Assembly (NCBI GenBank): GCA_001655205.1
Contig: LPNZ01009898.1
Span: 1 to 33,227 of the forward strand
Length of the DNA stretch: 33,227 bases
Reading direction: 5' to 3'
From: Lenisia limosa
Lineage: Eukaryota > Protista > Breviatea
Under the pieces are notes generated by a model. It was not told the DNA's origin. It made no database searches and worked only from the letters and a program-made list of their open reading frames with translations. Positions 20,038-32,213 of the stretch are shown one piece after another. A program made the position numbers and the translations under genes. Every line of letters starts with the position of its first letter. Within the stretch, counting starts at the first letter, position 1.

Positions 20038-21568
20038 ATGAAGATTTTAGTCAGCGTGAAACGAGTGATTGATCACGCCATTAAAGTGCGTATCAAAGCA
20101 CCGCTCGCTCCTGTGAAAATCATCACTGGTGGGTTACATTTTGGTCGCTTGAATTGGACATACCTTAGTAAATAATACTATTTTTGTCCAATAGTCTTTT
20201 TTTTCAATTATGAAATATCACTCAAATTTACCTCCTATTCAAATATTATCACATTAATACATTAATGTGTCAGTCTAAGATAAAACAATTACGAGGATTA
20301 CCTATGAAATGGTAACCCCACTAGAGAATGTGAAGCACAGCATCAACCCTTTTGATGAAATAGCTTTAGAGGCAGCTGTTCGTTTTAAGGAACAAAAGCA
20401 TGCGGATGTGGGTGAGTGTTAACATCTTCCCAAAATGAATATTTGACACAATTCTTCGCATTGTCTTCAGATTGAAATGCAATCTTTGCTTTCTAATATT
20501 AATCCAGGAGGTCATCGCAGTGAACATCGGACCATCCAAAGGTGCTGATCAACTCCGGTTGGTGTTGTCACCCTTTGTAGTTCTGATGGTATTTCAAAAT
20601 GGTGCTACTATAACCAAGCAGACATTCGATTGCAATGGGAGCAGACAGAGCTATCCACATTACAACAGATGACGATATTTTACCATTACAGGTCTGCTCT
20701 CTGATTTTTTTTTTTGAAAATTTAGTATTCCTCACGTGATTAAATTTGAATTAAATGAGATAGATTTCACAAGTGCTGGAGCAACTTATTGAAAAGGAAA
20801 AGCCAGACCTCGTGCTAATGGGAAAGCAATGTATGATTCGTGGTAAAATATATTGTCCCCAAATTTTTTGCCAAAAATGCCCTTTACAACTATTCAGCCA
20901 TTGATGGTGACAATGGCCAAACGCCGCAGCTACTTGCTGGAAGATTGGACTGGTCCCAAGGTGGGACATTGTGCCCTTATTGACACCCATCTTGTATAGT
21001 TTTACCACGATATCATGCAAGTCATATACAGTATAAAATATTACATTACGGGTTCTTGAATCTCTCAATTTACTATTTAGCAACTTATGCAGCTGCAATA
21101 GAATTCAAAGAGAGTAATTTGGTATGCCGGATAGCATTTGACCATTGACGATTAACCATAGATGAACGTTGTACGTGAAGTGGACGGAGGAACCGAAGTT
21201 ATTGCAGTACCTCTTCCAGCGGTTGTTTCATGCGACCTTCGCCTCAATAAGCCACGACTACCGAAGCTTCAAGCAGTTATGGTGCGGGACTTTCATTTCT
21301 TTCTTGAGGGTGGATTGGTAGCCTCAAGAAGAAGCGCTGACTGAAGTAGAAGGCCAAAAAGGCCCGTATTGAGTCAATGAGCTTTGAAGAGTTCCTGTGC
21401 AGCACTCCAAAGACGGAAGTGCTGGAACTGAGGAAACCGGAGGTGCGAACCGGAGGAGACAAATCTGCGAATGTTGATGCCTTGATTGCAACTCTCACAG
21501 AAAAGGGTTGGTTATGGTCAGGTAATAGTACCAAGCGACAGAGTTCGCCATATCCTTATCAAACATGA
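20038..21568 (+). CDS. ETFB: Electron transfer flavoprotein beta subunit, multi-exon
   Basis: [19 protein letters not shown] (20038), [118 protein letters not shown]: the conserved ETF-beta motifs in order. The exact 3' end is uncertain. Confidence 0.95.
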
Positions 21569-21867
21569 TATGGAAATATCTGCAGAAGTAGCAAATACTA
21601 TACATTTTTTTTATGATTATACGATATGTAGTACAATGAACAACTCCATTGCGGACATTTACGAATTTAGGACTTATTTGAACAACCAGACATCAACATC
21701 ATTGCAGTTTGCACACTATCATTTTCAGTTATCCTTGAATAGATGAATAAACACACTTTATTCGGGACTTGTGAATACACAAGCCACAATACCTCAGCGA
21801 GACACTAACGAGGGATGGCTGACACGAATCACACCTCACGTCTACAATATGAGCAAATGGCCAATCA

Positions 21868-23528
21868 CTAATGGTTCACAATTATGGGATGCTGATGTAA
21901 AAAAACCATAATTGTGTAACTTACCATTTTGATACACAGGTACACAGGCCTGTCAAAGCCCTGCCTTGAGGCAAAGGTTCCAAGACTTTCCACTGATTGG
22001 AATCTAACAAATGAGACATTGTAAATCATCCAACAAAATCATGCTTAGTGTCTGCTATTGCCCTGACAGTGTACTAAACAAAACAGAACTCCATAATTAA
22101 TATGATCCACACAACAATAAGACACTCACGCCACCACTCATAATTCCTCCCACTTGTACTCTTCTTTCTTTAGTTCTTCAAGGTAGTTTTCCGGGAAGAG
22201 CTTCATACTGCTCGCATTCATCCTCATTTCCTAAGTAAGATACATAAGGTTTGGCACACACATTCAATTTATTAACCTTCATATCACTTTCTGCATACAA
22301 TATTTTAATGAATAAATATGTCATCTAATGATTCTCAAACATGAGATACTAACATCAAAAAAGGTCGACTTTACTTGCTAAAAATCTTAAAAAAGAGACT
22401 TTAAAGTGCAACTTACCAACCTTTGTAGGTTTTGCTGATTTTTTCTTGTAGCTGTCCTTCTTTTGTACCTCCAAAACAAACAATCCCCCAGGCTTCAAGA
22501 GAGACGAAGCTTGAAAGTCAGCATCTTACATTGAAAGGAAAGTGAAAGATTCTTTTCATGTTGCCCAAATGAATTAATGTAAAAACACCCTCAAAACCTT
22601 TCCTAAACAATGCGCGTATACCCTCATCTCCATGGTGTAACTGGACCCATTTGGTCACGCACCAACAAGTGACTGTATCAAATTGTCCATAATGGCTGGG
22701 GTCGTCAAGCGCAATGTTACACACTCCAAACCTACGATGTCAATATAACCAATCACGCGACTGCTTCAAATACACTTCCTACTCAGCATCTACATCCGAA
22801 TAGCTCTCTTTGACTTCCTTATTAGCCAGATCAATAAGATCAGAATCAAGATCCACCCCAACGGCCTTGGACGCGCCAAATGTCCGGGCTGAGCGTGAGA
22901 GAGGGGATGAGCACAAATCAAGAGCACACCATACAATCTACATACACTTGCTGCTACACTAGAAAATAATAATCAAACGACCCACCAATTTCAAGCGTTA
23001 ACAGTCCTCTATGGCACCCAATATCAATGAAACTCTTTTTGCTGAACCACTCTGGCTGAATGTGCTCAAGGCGTGGGTCCTGTCCATGTGAGAAAAGAAA
23101 AATTATGCATAGTGAGATAAGAAAGGAGACAAAATAGCTCGCCGATCATAGAATATATAAAGAAAATTATCAAACTCTCGCTTTTCACATGAATATGTCT
23201 ACTACTGAGACGGAAGGCAAAGCAAAGTCCCTCCAACCTTGCCATCATCGTTTCGGAATTCGTAATAGCCGCGATAGTTTCCGAACTTGAACTTTTCTCG
23301 GGAGGACAACTGTTTTTGCTTCTTCGGAGCTACAAAGAAAAACAATTACACGTAAATGAATAGGAAACTCTACACATTCAATATTTATGAAACAAATACA
23401 AAATTGACCTGCCCGGGGGGGAGGGGGGAGCAACAAATAGAGTACATTGTCAAACCTGGTGAAGCAGAATGCAAGTTATCAGTCTCAGTTTCACTCTCTT
23501 CCACCCCATTCACTGGCGATTCCATCAT
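21868..23528 (-). CDS. MEPCE: Bin3/MePCE-type SAM-dependent RNA methylphosphate-capping methyltransferase, multi-exon
   Basis: Spliced: FKFGNYRGYYEFR...DPRLEHIQPEWFSKKSFIDIGCHRGLLTLEIARTFGASKAVGVDLDSDLI...QFDTVTCWCVTKWVQLHHGDEGIRALFRK...LLKPGGLFVLE...GFDRPVYL, which are the Bin3-family motifs. The start may lie further upstream (ORF 23799 across the N-gap) because 23528 is preceded by an acceptor-like tract. Confidence 0.9.
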
Positions 23529-23583
23529 CTTACAAGTGAGTGAAAAAGAGGCAATGGGGGGGGGGGGCTCTTAGCAATTTAGC

Positions 23584-23667
23584 NNNNNNNNNNNNNNNNN
23601 NNNNNNNNNNNNNNNNNNNNNNNNNNNNNNNNNNNNNNNNNNNNNNNNNNNNNNNNNNNNNNNNNNN
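23584..23667. other. Assembly gap (N) upstream of or within the MePCE 5' region
   Basis: N run. Confidence 1.
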
Positions 23668-23992
23668 GCCCCTTGTGATTACTGGGGCGGGTATCTGTTT
23701 CTGATATGTTGGTATTGTGGGATTTCTTTCCTTGTTGTTGTGTTGTGGGTGGCTTAGCTCATCTACTTGAACGTGCTGAGTGTGGGTGGCTGGGTGCATG
23801 GCTGGTGGGCGCTAGCACGGGGCTGTTGAAGAACTTGTGCCCAGAAAAAATATTGTAATGTTATTGTCCAAGCTTGTCGAGGTGCCTCCTAGGATACATT
23901 TTGTTTTTAAAATGCTTGTCAGTGGTGATATATCGCAACATTTCATTTTCTTTTGCCAATAAATGAAAAGCAAATGTCATATTTTATAACGA

Positions 23993-26900
23993 TTAGACGA
24001 CAACGTCAAGCGGAAGACCCCAGGCAATAAACTCGTCTTTTGTCCCTGTTGTCATCAAACTGGCTTCCGCGTCTATGTACTTCAACCTNNNNNNNNNNNN
24101 NNNNNNNNNNNNNNNNNNNNNNNNNNNNNNNNNNNNNNNNNNNNNNNNNNNNNNNNNNNNNNNNNNNNNNNNNNNNNNNNNNNNNNNNNNNNNNNNNNNN
24201 NNNNNNNNNNNNNNNNNNNNNNNNNNNNNNNNNNNNNNNNNNNNNNNNNNNNNNNNNNNNNNNNNNNNNNNNNNNNNNNNNNNNNNNNNNGCATATCAGA
24301 CACGACTGTGAAATAAAAGAGACTTATTATCCATCCCCCCCACATTGAGATTGCATGACGAAATTCTCGGGCATCAGTATTGCTGCTTTGGAAGACTTTA
24401 ACATATCTCTTCTCAACGGTGACACTGTCCAACTGAAAGGAATAAACGAAAACGCTATTTGTTGCAACGAAAATACTCTCTCACAACCTACCAAGAAAGC
24501 TGTGCTGAAAGGCACGTAATTACCCGCTCCACTGAAGATGATAAGTCAAAATACAACTGCAGGGTTTCAAACAAAATATTGACCTGAGACATTGCATACC
24601 AAAAAATATTCTGTACTAACCTTTTGAGGTGAACATAATTTCCTTCATAAGCATAGATAATCATTTTGCTTGCAGGGGTCACAGACACAGGAGCAGTGGT
24701 ATCTCCTTCCCCACTAATAAGCTTGGTGGATAAGGAATGCCCCACTAATAAGCCAGGTAGAACATATCAAAAGCTTCATACCGTTATGTACTTCAAAGGA
24801 AGGACAAAGTAGGCAAACTGCATTCTTTGATAATAGCCATAACTATATAGTGATTTCCTTGAACATATTGAATGGGGAAACGTATTAAAATGCATATCAT
24901 ATATCACAGTAAATAGACATCAATCAAGACCACCCACGTAAAAGTCGATTCAAATGATACTGTCTGGTTGGAAATGGTACCGTTGGAAAAAGCCTGGGTA
25001 ATTATTACAAGTCTAAAAGCGTACTTTATCCTTAGCGGATATGCTCCCCCAACCGTAAGGTTTGTTGTGAACAATCTGCTGTCGGAGTGGTGAGCAGTGC
25101 TGCAATGGAGGTAGCCAAAATGTTCGTAGTCAAGGTCTCCTGTATGGATCAGCGTGGATNNNNNNNNNNNNNNNNNNNNNNNNNNNNNNNNNNNNNNNNN
25201 NNNNNNNNNNNNNNNNNNNNNNNNNNACAACTGTTGAATATCATTTATTGCCAATTCGCCATTTGCCTACCCTCAAATTTGCGCTCAATGCCCATGTATC
25301 CACCACTGGTCGAGGCCGTAAAGGAAGCGACAAGCAGAGAGTCTCCTGGGGCTCCAGGAATGTTTATTTCGTGTGTCTATTGTGTGAAACCTGAGAAAAA
25401 CACAAATAGCGATTCAATCCATGAACTGCACCAACATACACTAACAACATTTGCAGACGGTTTGACTAATGTTTCAACCTCGTGCATCTCAGCATATGCT
25501 CCAGTTTTAGTTGGCAGTCCCTCTATATAATTAGGAAGAAAACAAAGAAATTGAATTTATCAAGAATGCCTGCGATAGTTTTACCCGTCTAAAAAGCTGT
25601 TTCGAATAATTGTTTGACAAGTTGACCGAACCCCCTTACGAATGACCAAAGTTTGGAGAGATGGAGTATCCGGGATCAATGAGCCGCCAAAGGAGCCGCC
25701 ACCAACTCCACTCACTATCACCTGGCAAAGGATTACAACTTAAAGGGAACTCAGGAATTAACACTGCTCTTGATCAAATAACCCTCAACAGCAGCGTTGA
25801 AGGGAAGGTCTTATGATATGCTCAGTTTACTTACAACTTCACCCCCTCCTACCTTGATGGTGTGTGTCCCGGGAGCAAGGATTCCAGCGTATTGAAGATA
25901 GACAGGTAGGAGCATGGTTTCCCCAGAGACAATAGTCTGTAAAAAGTGAGTATCTGTCATTCCTGTTTTAGAAATCACCTAGCAGTCAAGAAGCAACCCT
26001 CAACATTTATAATTACCACAGTAATTCAGATACCTGATCAAGAGCTTTTGCCTATTTTCTCTCCCCACCCCCCTCCCACAGACTGCACCCGGGAAACGAG
26101 GGAAGTGTACGTGTTGTCAACAACAATTTTGGCGAACACCTTAGGTTAATGTCAAAGGTACACAAGACCATAATTAGAAATAAGTTATTGTGAGCCAACC
26201 AGCAGCCTTTTTATTGTTCGGCAAATGATGAAAGGATCCACCTACATCAGCACCCTGAGGCAAACTTGCTCCAAGTTCAGCCTTCACAAAAACAGCGTAC
26301 TCAGTGGATAGCGTAAAAGACTCCGAAATGAGAGTCTCATATTGTCCTAAAATTAAAAAAGATGTCAACTCTGTTTAGATGATTACATACGACATACAAT
26401 TGGAAATAATAGCACAAAATAAAAAAAGAATATCATATTCAGATCCGAATATCCTACCAGAAACTAGCAGGTATTCGGAGTGCTGCGAGAAGATCGCCAG
26501 TGAATCGTGCCTCCTAATCCAGTTGGTGGTGGTACCCTCCATTGAGAACTGGGTGAAGTCAACGGAAGAGTTGTTATGAAACCCTCAAGTTTCCAACATT
26601 ACATGGTTTCATCAATTATTGTATGAAAAAACAAAACCGTGCAAATCATTTGTTGCCCATATCCTATGTCCGACGTGAGAGTCGAAATGAGACGTCACGA
26701 TATGTAGTATGTCTGAAAATTCATAGAAATGACCCAAACGCGATGGTACGTCTTTCCGTACTAAAACATGAGCAATACTGACTAGGGTTACAAAGTATTA
26801 TATATCATATATATGTAGTCTATATTACTTCTTGTTTTATTTCTCCTTTCTATATTATATTATATGGTCTGACCTTGGTCCCTTCAATTGTCAAACTGTC

Positions 26901-27182
26901 AGCTTCGAGGCTAGTAAACACGGCCGTTTCGGCACTGGATGGTTAGAGCGGGTGGGCTTCATGATACTATCTTATCCCTTCTTGGTTATCAACAATGTAA
27001 TGTCACAGGCATAGGGAGAGATTGCGTATTAAACAATTGAATTGTTCACAGGCCATATACCTGATAGCGTTGTTGCCGATGGACACGCCAGAGAGCTGAT
27101 ACTCATTGCTAGAAGTCACTAATACTTCTGAAACTGCAATATTAACCACGAAGAGCGTCAGAAGGAGCATTATTACGCTCAT
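23993..27182 (-). CDS. Hypothetical secreted beta-strand-rich protein, multi-exon, interrupted by two N-gaps
   Basis: ATG 27182 with signal-peptide-like MSVIMLLLTLFVVNIAVSE. Exons with GT-AG ends give SAETAVFTSLEADSLTIEGTK, YETLISESFTLSTEYAVFVKAELGASLPQGAD, VFAKIVVDNTYTSLVSR, TIVSGETMLLPVYLQYAGILAPGTHTIK, DSLLVASFTASTSGGYMGIERKF, LFTTNLTVGGAYPLRIK, DSVTVEKRYVKVFQ and a probable end ...FIAWGLPLDVVV*. Confidence 0.6.
24089..24290. other. Assembly gap (N) in the secreted-protein gene
   Basis: N run. Confidence 1.
25160..25226. other. Assembly gap (N) in the secreted-protein gene
   Basis: N run. Confidence 1.
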
Positions 27183-27525
27183 TTTTGACAAATCTTGAGG
27201 TTGTGTAGTTGTTGTTGCTATGGTTTGATGTGTCGATGTGCTGCCCTTTGATGATTTACTGATGTGTGTATGGTGTAATGGGATTTCATTATAGATCGAA
27301 AAATTCTTTTTATATACACACTAGTCCAACTCTAATTTATACTTGCACCCCCACCAGCCCACCACAACAAGAGGTTAGAAAAAAAGGCAGAGCGGCAGAG
27401 AGTGATCAGAGCAGAACGGCAGGTCAGGGGAGTAGGAGCAAGAGGAGAAGAATCCCAGAGCATCATATCATTGTATCATACATCATACAACGGCATCCCC
27501 CTCCCATCCCTTAACACTTTACAGG

Positions 27526-29882
27526 ATGGTGACTACAGTGCAAGGCTGGATGAGTGTGGCCACAGCCATGCTTGCTTGGGGTACTTTTGGTGGGTCACTT
27601 ATTTGTTGGTGCCATCTTTTCAAGAACGCTAAACTGTTATTTTGGGAAAACAAAAACTCTCTCTCAAATATCTTTCTAACCCAAAAAGGTATCTTCTTGA
27701 AGAGCAAACGAGTTATGGTTTGTGGTGGTGTTTCTACCTGGTTTGATAAATAGAATAAATAGCTGCGGTTGAGTGAATTCTTGTCTTTCGTATCGCAACC
27801 TCACATTTACCATTTAGAAAGCTGAACTTCACCCCTTCAACTTCCAGTTGATCTTTTGTTTTGTCATATTCCTTGCTTCATTAATAGTAAGCCGGGCACT
27901 TACTTTACTGCTTATATTTTGCTGTCACTACAAACGTTTCCTTTTCATCAATCCCTCTTGTTTATCTATGCAGAGTTTGTTGTTTGTGGAGCCTCATTTC
28001 TGCATTTGGGGTAGGTGGACGTTCTTTCCCTCATGGATAGTGATCCAGTTTTTACACATCTGGGCCTCGCTTGCCCATACGAGTGTTAACATTTGAGTAT
28101 ATTTAAGGCCGTATTAGCTTGAGGTACTAGATCCATGGTCGGCAGACTTTTTAATCCATCTTGACCAGGGGTTGCCAGTGCCGCACTTTGGGTTCCGGCT
28201 GCGCTCGTATCAATATACGCTGTCCGATTTGCTGGATTGTCTATTGCACAGGGTGTATGGTGAGAGGAGTGAATAGAAACAAGGCATTTCATGTTTTTGG
28301 TTCCGGAATGAATCCCTACTTAATTCTCAGGTCCGGGTCTTCCATTTCAACAAGCTTCCTCTGGGGCTACTTCTATTTCAATGAAGAGCTTTCAAATGTT
28401 TGAAAGAGATATTATAGTATATTATAATAATAAGTTAAGGGACAAGATATCCACATTATCGACCACTTTTAATGTTGTATGTGGTGAATCTTCACAACAT
28501 ACAGGCTGAATGGTGCTTCATATTCCTCCTTGTTCTTGTGGTAGGAGTTCTGATGGTCGCGTCAGCACCACAGCCCTTTATTAGGAGGTTGTTCTTCCTG
28601 CGGTGTCTTCCTGATAGGAATGCAAACAAGGTATGCGCTAAACTAACGTACTTAATTTTGCTACTGTGTTTTCTTTATAGTTGTACAGGAGAACCAAGCT
28701 CTTTTGGATGAAAACTCCGCGAAGATTGTGGATGACGATAGCGAACCTTTAACAAATCATGGTAGGAGCATTTGATTATATTGAGAACGTTTCATTATAT
28801 GTTATCGATATAAGATGCCTTTTGTGTGATAAATCTTTTTGTTTCATATTCGACACACATATAACTTTTCCAACTTTGTCACATACTATCAGACACTAGA
28901 CCCCACGGTATCATACCCCCCAACTGCCAAAAACACACATGACAGAATTAATATTATAATAGCTGCACCATCAAGACCACTACTTGGAGCTTTCATGGCT
29001 TTGGTTCAAGGGTAAGTTCTCTATTATTATATATATTGGGTTTCAGTATTGCACAATCCAATGCATTAATAACAGCCTATCATTTTCCATTTTACCCTCC
29101 AGCATTCCAAATGGATCCATGCTTGTACCCATGAGGAAAGCCCCTGAAGATGATCAGGGAATCAATTTCCTGATGTCTTTTGGAATGGGTATGGGGCAGC
29201 ATCTTACCTTGCTTCTTAGTGTAATGTGTAAATACTCTCTAAATTTCGGTTTTATCACCTCTTTTTCACTGTTCAGGTGCTTTATTAGTGATGCTTGCTG
29301 CGTATTTACTTTTCCTTTGTACAAGAAAATTTAGGGTAAGTCTTTCTATTACCTCGTTTTCAATGTTAACTGGTTTAGATGCCTCCTTTTCACCTCAAAC
29401 AAGTATTTGGTCATGTTTTCATGTCAGGCTGTTTATGGCAAATTGGAAACGTTTCATCGTGAGAGGGGTAGTCATTTAAGCTCGATTAATTGAAATTCAC
29501 CCACTCTCCAGGATATTTGCTGTGATGTCTCCGCTTGGATTAGTTGTTGGCTTTCCCCTCACGCAATGCTCATTAGTTGTTGCTGCCATTTGGGGAATTT
29601 TGTTTTTCAAGGAGCTGGTCAGTGCGAGGTTGGAGATGGTTTACTAGTCATTTTCTTGAGCATTCTGCTTCATCTTTTGACATCCCAGATCCATCGTTTT
29701 CTTTATTCTTTCAACAGTCATTGTTCTCATGGTAGGTGAACGTATTATTTTCATTTATATATCATATGTCTTTGAGAAAAATGATACATTTCCTATATCA
29801 TATTATGATATAGTGAGTTTTGTCTCAACATTTCGTTATGCTGATCAACAAGGGTGCCTTTGGCCTGTCATTGAGCAAATGA
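27526..29882 (+). CDS. TMEM144-like drug/metabolite-transporter (DMT) superfamily membrane protein, multi-exon
   Basis: About 10 hydrophobic helices across exons: WMSVATAMLAWGTFG-IFLKSKRV...LHPFNFQLIFCF, GVASAALWVPAALVSIYAVRFAGLSIAQGVWSG..ISTSFLWGYFYFNE, NGSMLVPM, FLMSFGMG, GCLWQIGNV, PLGLVVGFPLTQCSLVVAAIWGILFFKE. The pattern resembles the TMEM144 / sugar-transport DMT family (recognised by eye). Confidence 0.75.
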
Positions 29883-30059
29883 TCATTTTTATCCCATTTC
29901 ACAATTCACCATGTAACATTGTGTTCTTATTTTTTGGTCTTCTATTCCGCCATTTATATTGATGTAAGTTAATCTATTTCATTCTGTTCAAAAACAGGCA
30001 CATACTATCTGTTTTATACTAAAACATGGAATCACCCTAAGCCCATATTATACAAGAAA

Positions 30060-31796
30060 TCACATTCTTCTAACCCTTGCAATGGGACTTCCAAACGCTG
30101 TGAGGCTAGGAGAGTGGGGGCGGAGAGGCAAGTTCAGTTTACGCTATAGCGATAAAGTGAACTATGGTTCAACAAAAGGATATGATCTCTTGTTTACCTG
30201 AAAAATTGGGGGCTGTATGATAGAGGACGGTGTCATGGGAGTCAGCTCTGACTGGGTAGTTTTAAAGGATTCTTTTTGTACAATATTACAGTATTTGAAA
30301 GCACCATAATTACCAAACTTACGTCAAAGCAAAACTGTAGTGCAATCAAAGTGCCATATACAGCGAACCCCACAAGAAATAGCCCAAAGTAGACATCTGT
30401 GATGATTAGTTATGTTCTGTTTTGAACTTGCAATTTCTATCCCATCCCACATTTAGCACCGTCTCTTTGAAGGGGGACCCCCTCTCTCATCACTGTCACA
30501 ACAAACCCAACATGTTGTACATTAATGTCATCTAAATAGGATCAGTTACAGTCCTCAGTGAAATTTGGAGTCAAATTTGCAATTACAGAAATGTGAGCTG
30601 ACTTTGGCTATTAAAACTTTCGAACTTTGTTTTCTTCAGTTGAATTGCTTCGTCCCTAGGTGATGTTAATATTATCCTTCCACCTTGTGAATATCTAATA
30701 CGATTACTTACCCTTCAATTTTGACAAAAAATCTCCTGGCAAATACCCCATCTCCCAATCTTAATAAGTGAAAGAAATTAGAGGATAAATTTGTTCAATC
30801 TGCAGATATGAGAAATAGAACAAATATGCAGATATGAGAAATAGATATTGTAACAGCCATGATCACGATTTTTGTGTAGCATCGTCACAGTTCAAACGCA
30901 AAATCAAATCACTGCTGGATTCTACAGCTGAATGGGTGAGTGCTGCCAATAGTCTATTCGACTTACTAAGAACTGTCATTTCAGCATCAACGTTTTGTTT
31001 CAAAATGGGTACTAGTCGGTCTGCAACGTAATTACTTCCGGACACGTATGTAATAATATGTCATATGCTACCGAGCTCACCACCATTATTCCTGTATACT
31101 TCAAAGTAACACATTTTGACAATATTTGATGAAATCTAAAGACATAATCAGAGGTTTGTTAAATTATTCATAAGATCTGCGAAACAAGAAGGCAAACCAC
31201 GGGGTGCATGCCATTTGATACAGAAATATCAACCACGATTATCGTCTGCTCATCATCGTAGAAAATGTCAATATCATCTTGGGTGGTAAAAACAAGTTTT
31301 GAAACTTGGAACATCAAAGACTTACCATTATCTTCGGTGGGCTGCCCCCAGAGTGGTGCGATTAGTGTGGCTGAATTGTCAGCTTACTCACTTTATAACG
31401 TTCTACCACCAGAACGGAATAAAACTAAGACTTTATTATCATGATATTTTGACTAGCTTGACAGCTTTGGCAATAGTTCGTCTAATCATATCACATTATC
31501 CTTCGCATGCAATATCCCCTCAACATACGCAATGACAGAGGCCTCCGGCTATAGTCAAACGGATAGTTGCTCGCTGAATTCTATATTTTTACAACGTAAA
31601 CTTCAACCTTATTAATGGCGAGTCACAAACTGCCACACCTAACCCACAGTTTGCCTGAAAGCCTTGTCGAATTTGACAAGGACTGCTGTGCCAATACAGG
31701 CCGTGAGTACCACACCTATCAATACATAAACAAAGTACTCCTCCCATAATCGGTTCTTATTCTCCTGAACATGTGTAGAATTGTCATTTTCTTCAA
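30060..31796 (-). CDS. Hypothetical membrane protein with two predicted TM helices; 5' exon(s) unresolved (up to ~32200)
   Basis: Candidate exons: VEENDNSTHVQENKNRLWEEYFVYVLIGVVLTACIGTAVLVKF (TM1), DIDIFYDDEQTIIVVDISVSNG, DRLVPILKQNVDAEMTVL-TVESSSDLILRLNCDD, RRFFVKIEG-GRIILTSP, DVYFGLFLVGFAVYGTLIALQFCFD (TM2), last exon RKLNLPLRPHSP...RRM*. Phases are not fully reconciled. Confidence 0.45.
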
Positions 31797-32213
31797 CTGT
31801 ATTTGGGCAGTTGCATGAAGATAAAAGGAGTGGTGGGGGTCTTTCTGAATAGCGATGTATTGCAATAAATAGCATAGTGAGTGTTGTAAGATAAGTTCAC
31901 TATTATTATCGTTAGTCCCAGCCTAGGTATAAAGATTTGAAAAAGATAGAAATAATCTGTGTAGAGGAGATAGTTATGAATGACATACTAAAACAAGTAA
32001 GTCTGATGACAGATGAATATTCAGTCAAATTTCGAACTTAACCACTTTACCAATATTTTTGCCCTATTTTTGCGTTTGCGTTGTCTTTGCCAAGGTTCTT
32101 GACAAGAGTTTTCACAGAGTTTTCATAAAATTAACAAAAGCAAAGGATTGTGAAGAGTTTTCTCCTCTTCAAATCTCAACAGCCCAACAACGCAGACCGC
32201 CAAGCCAAGAACC

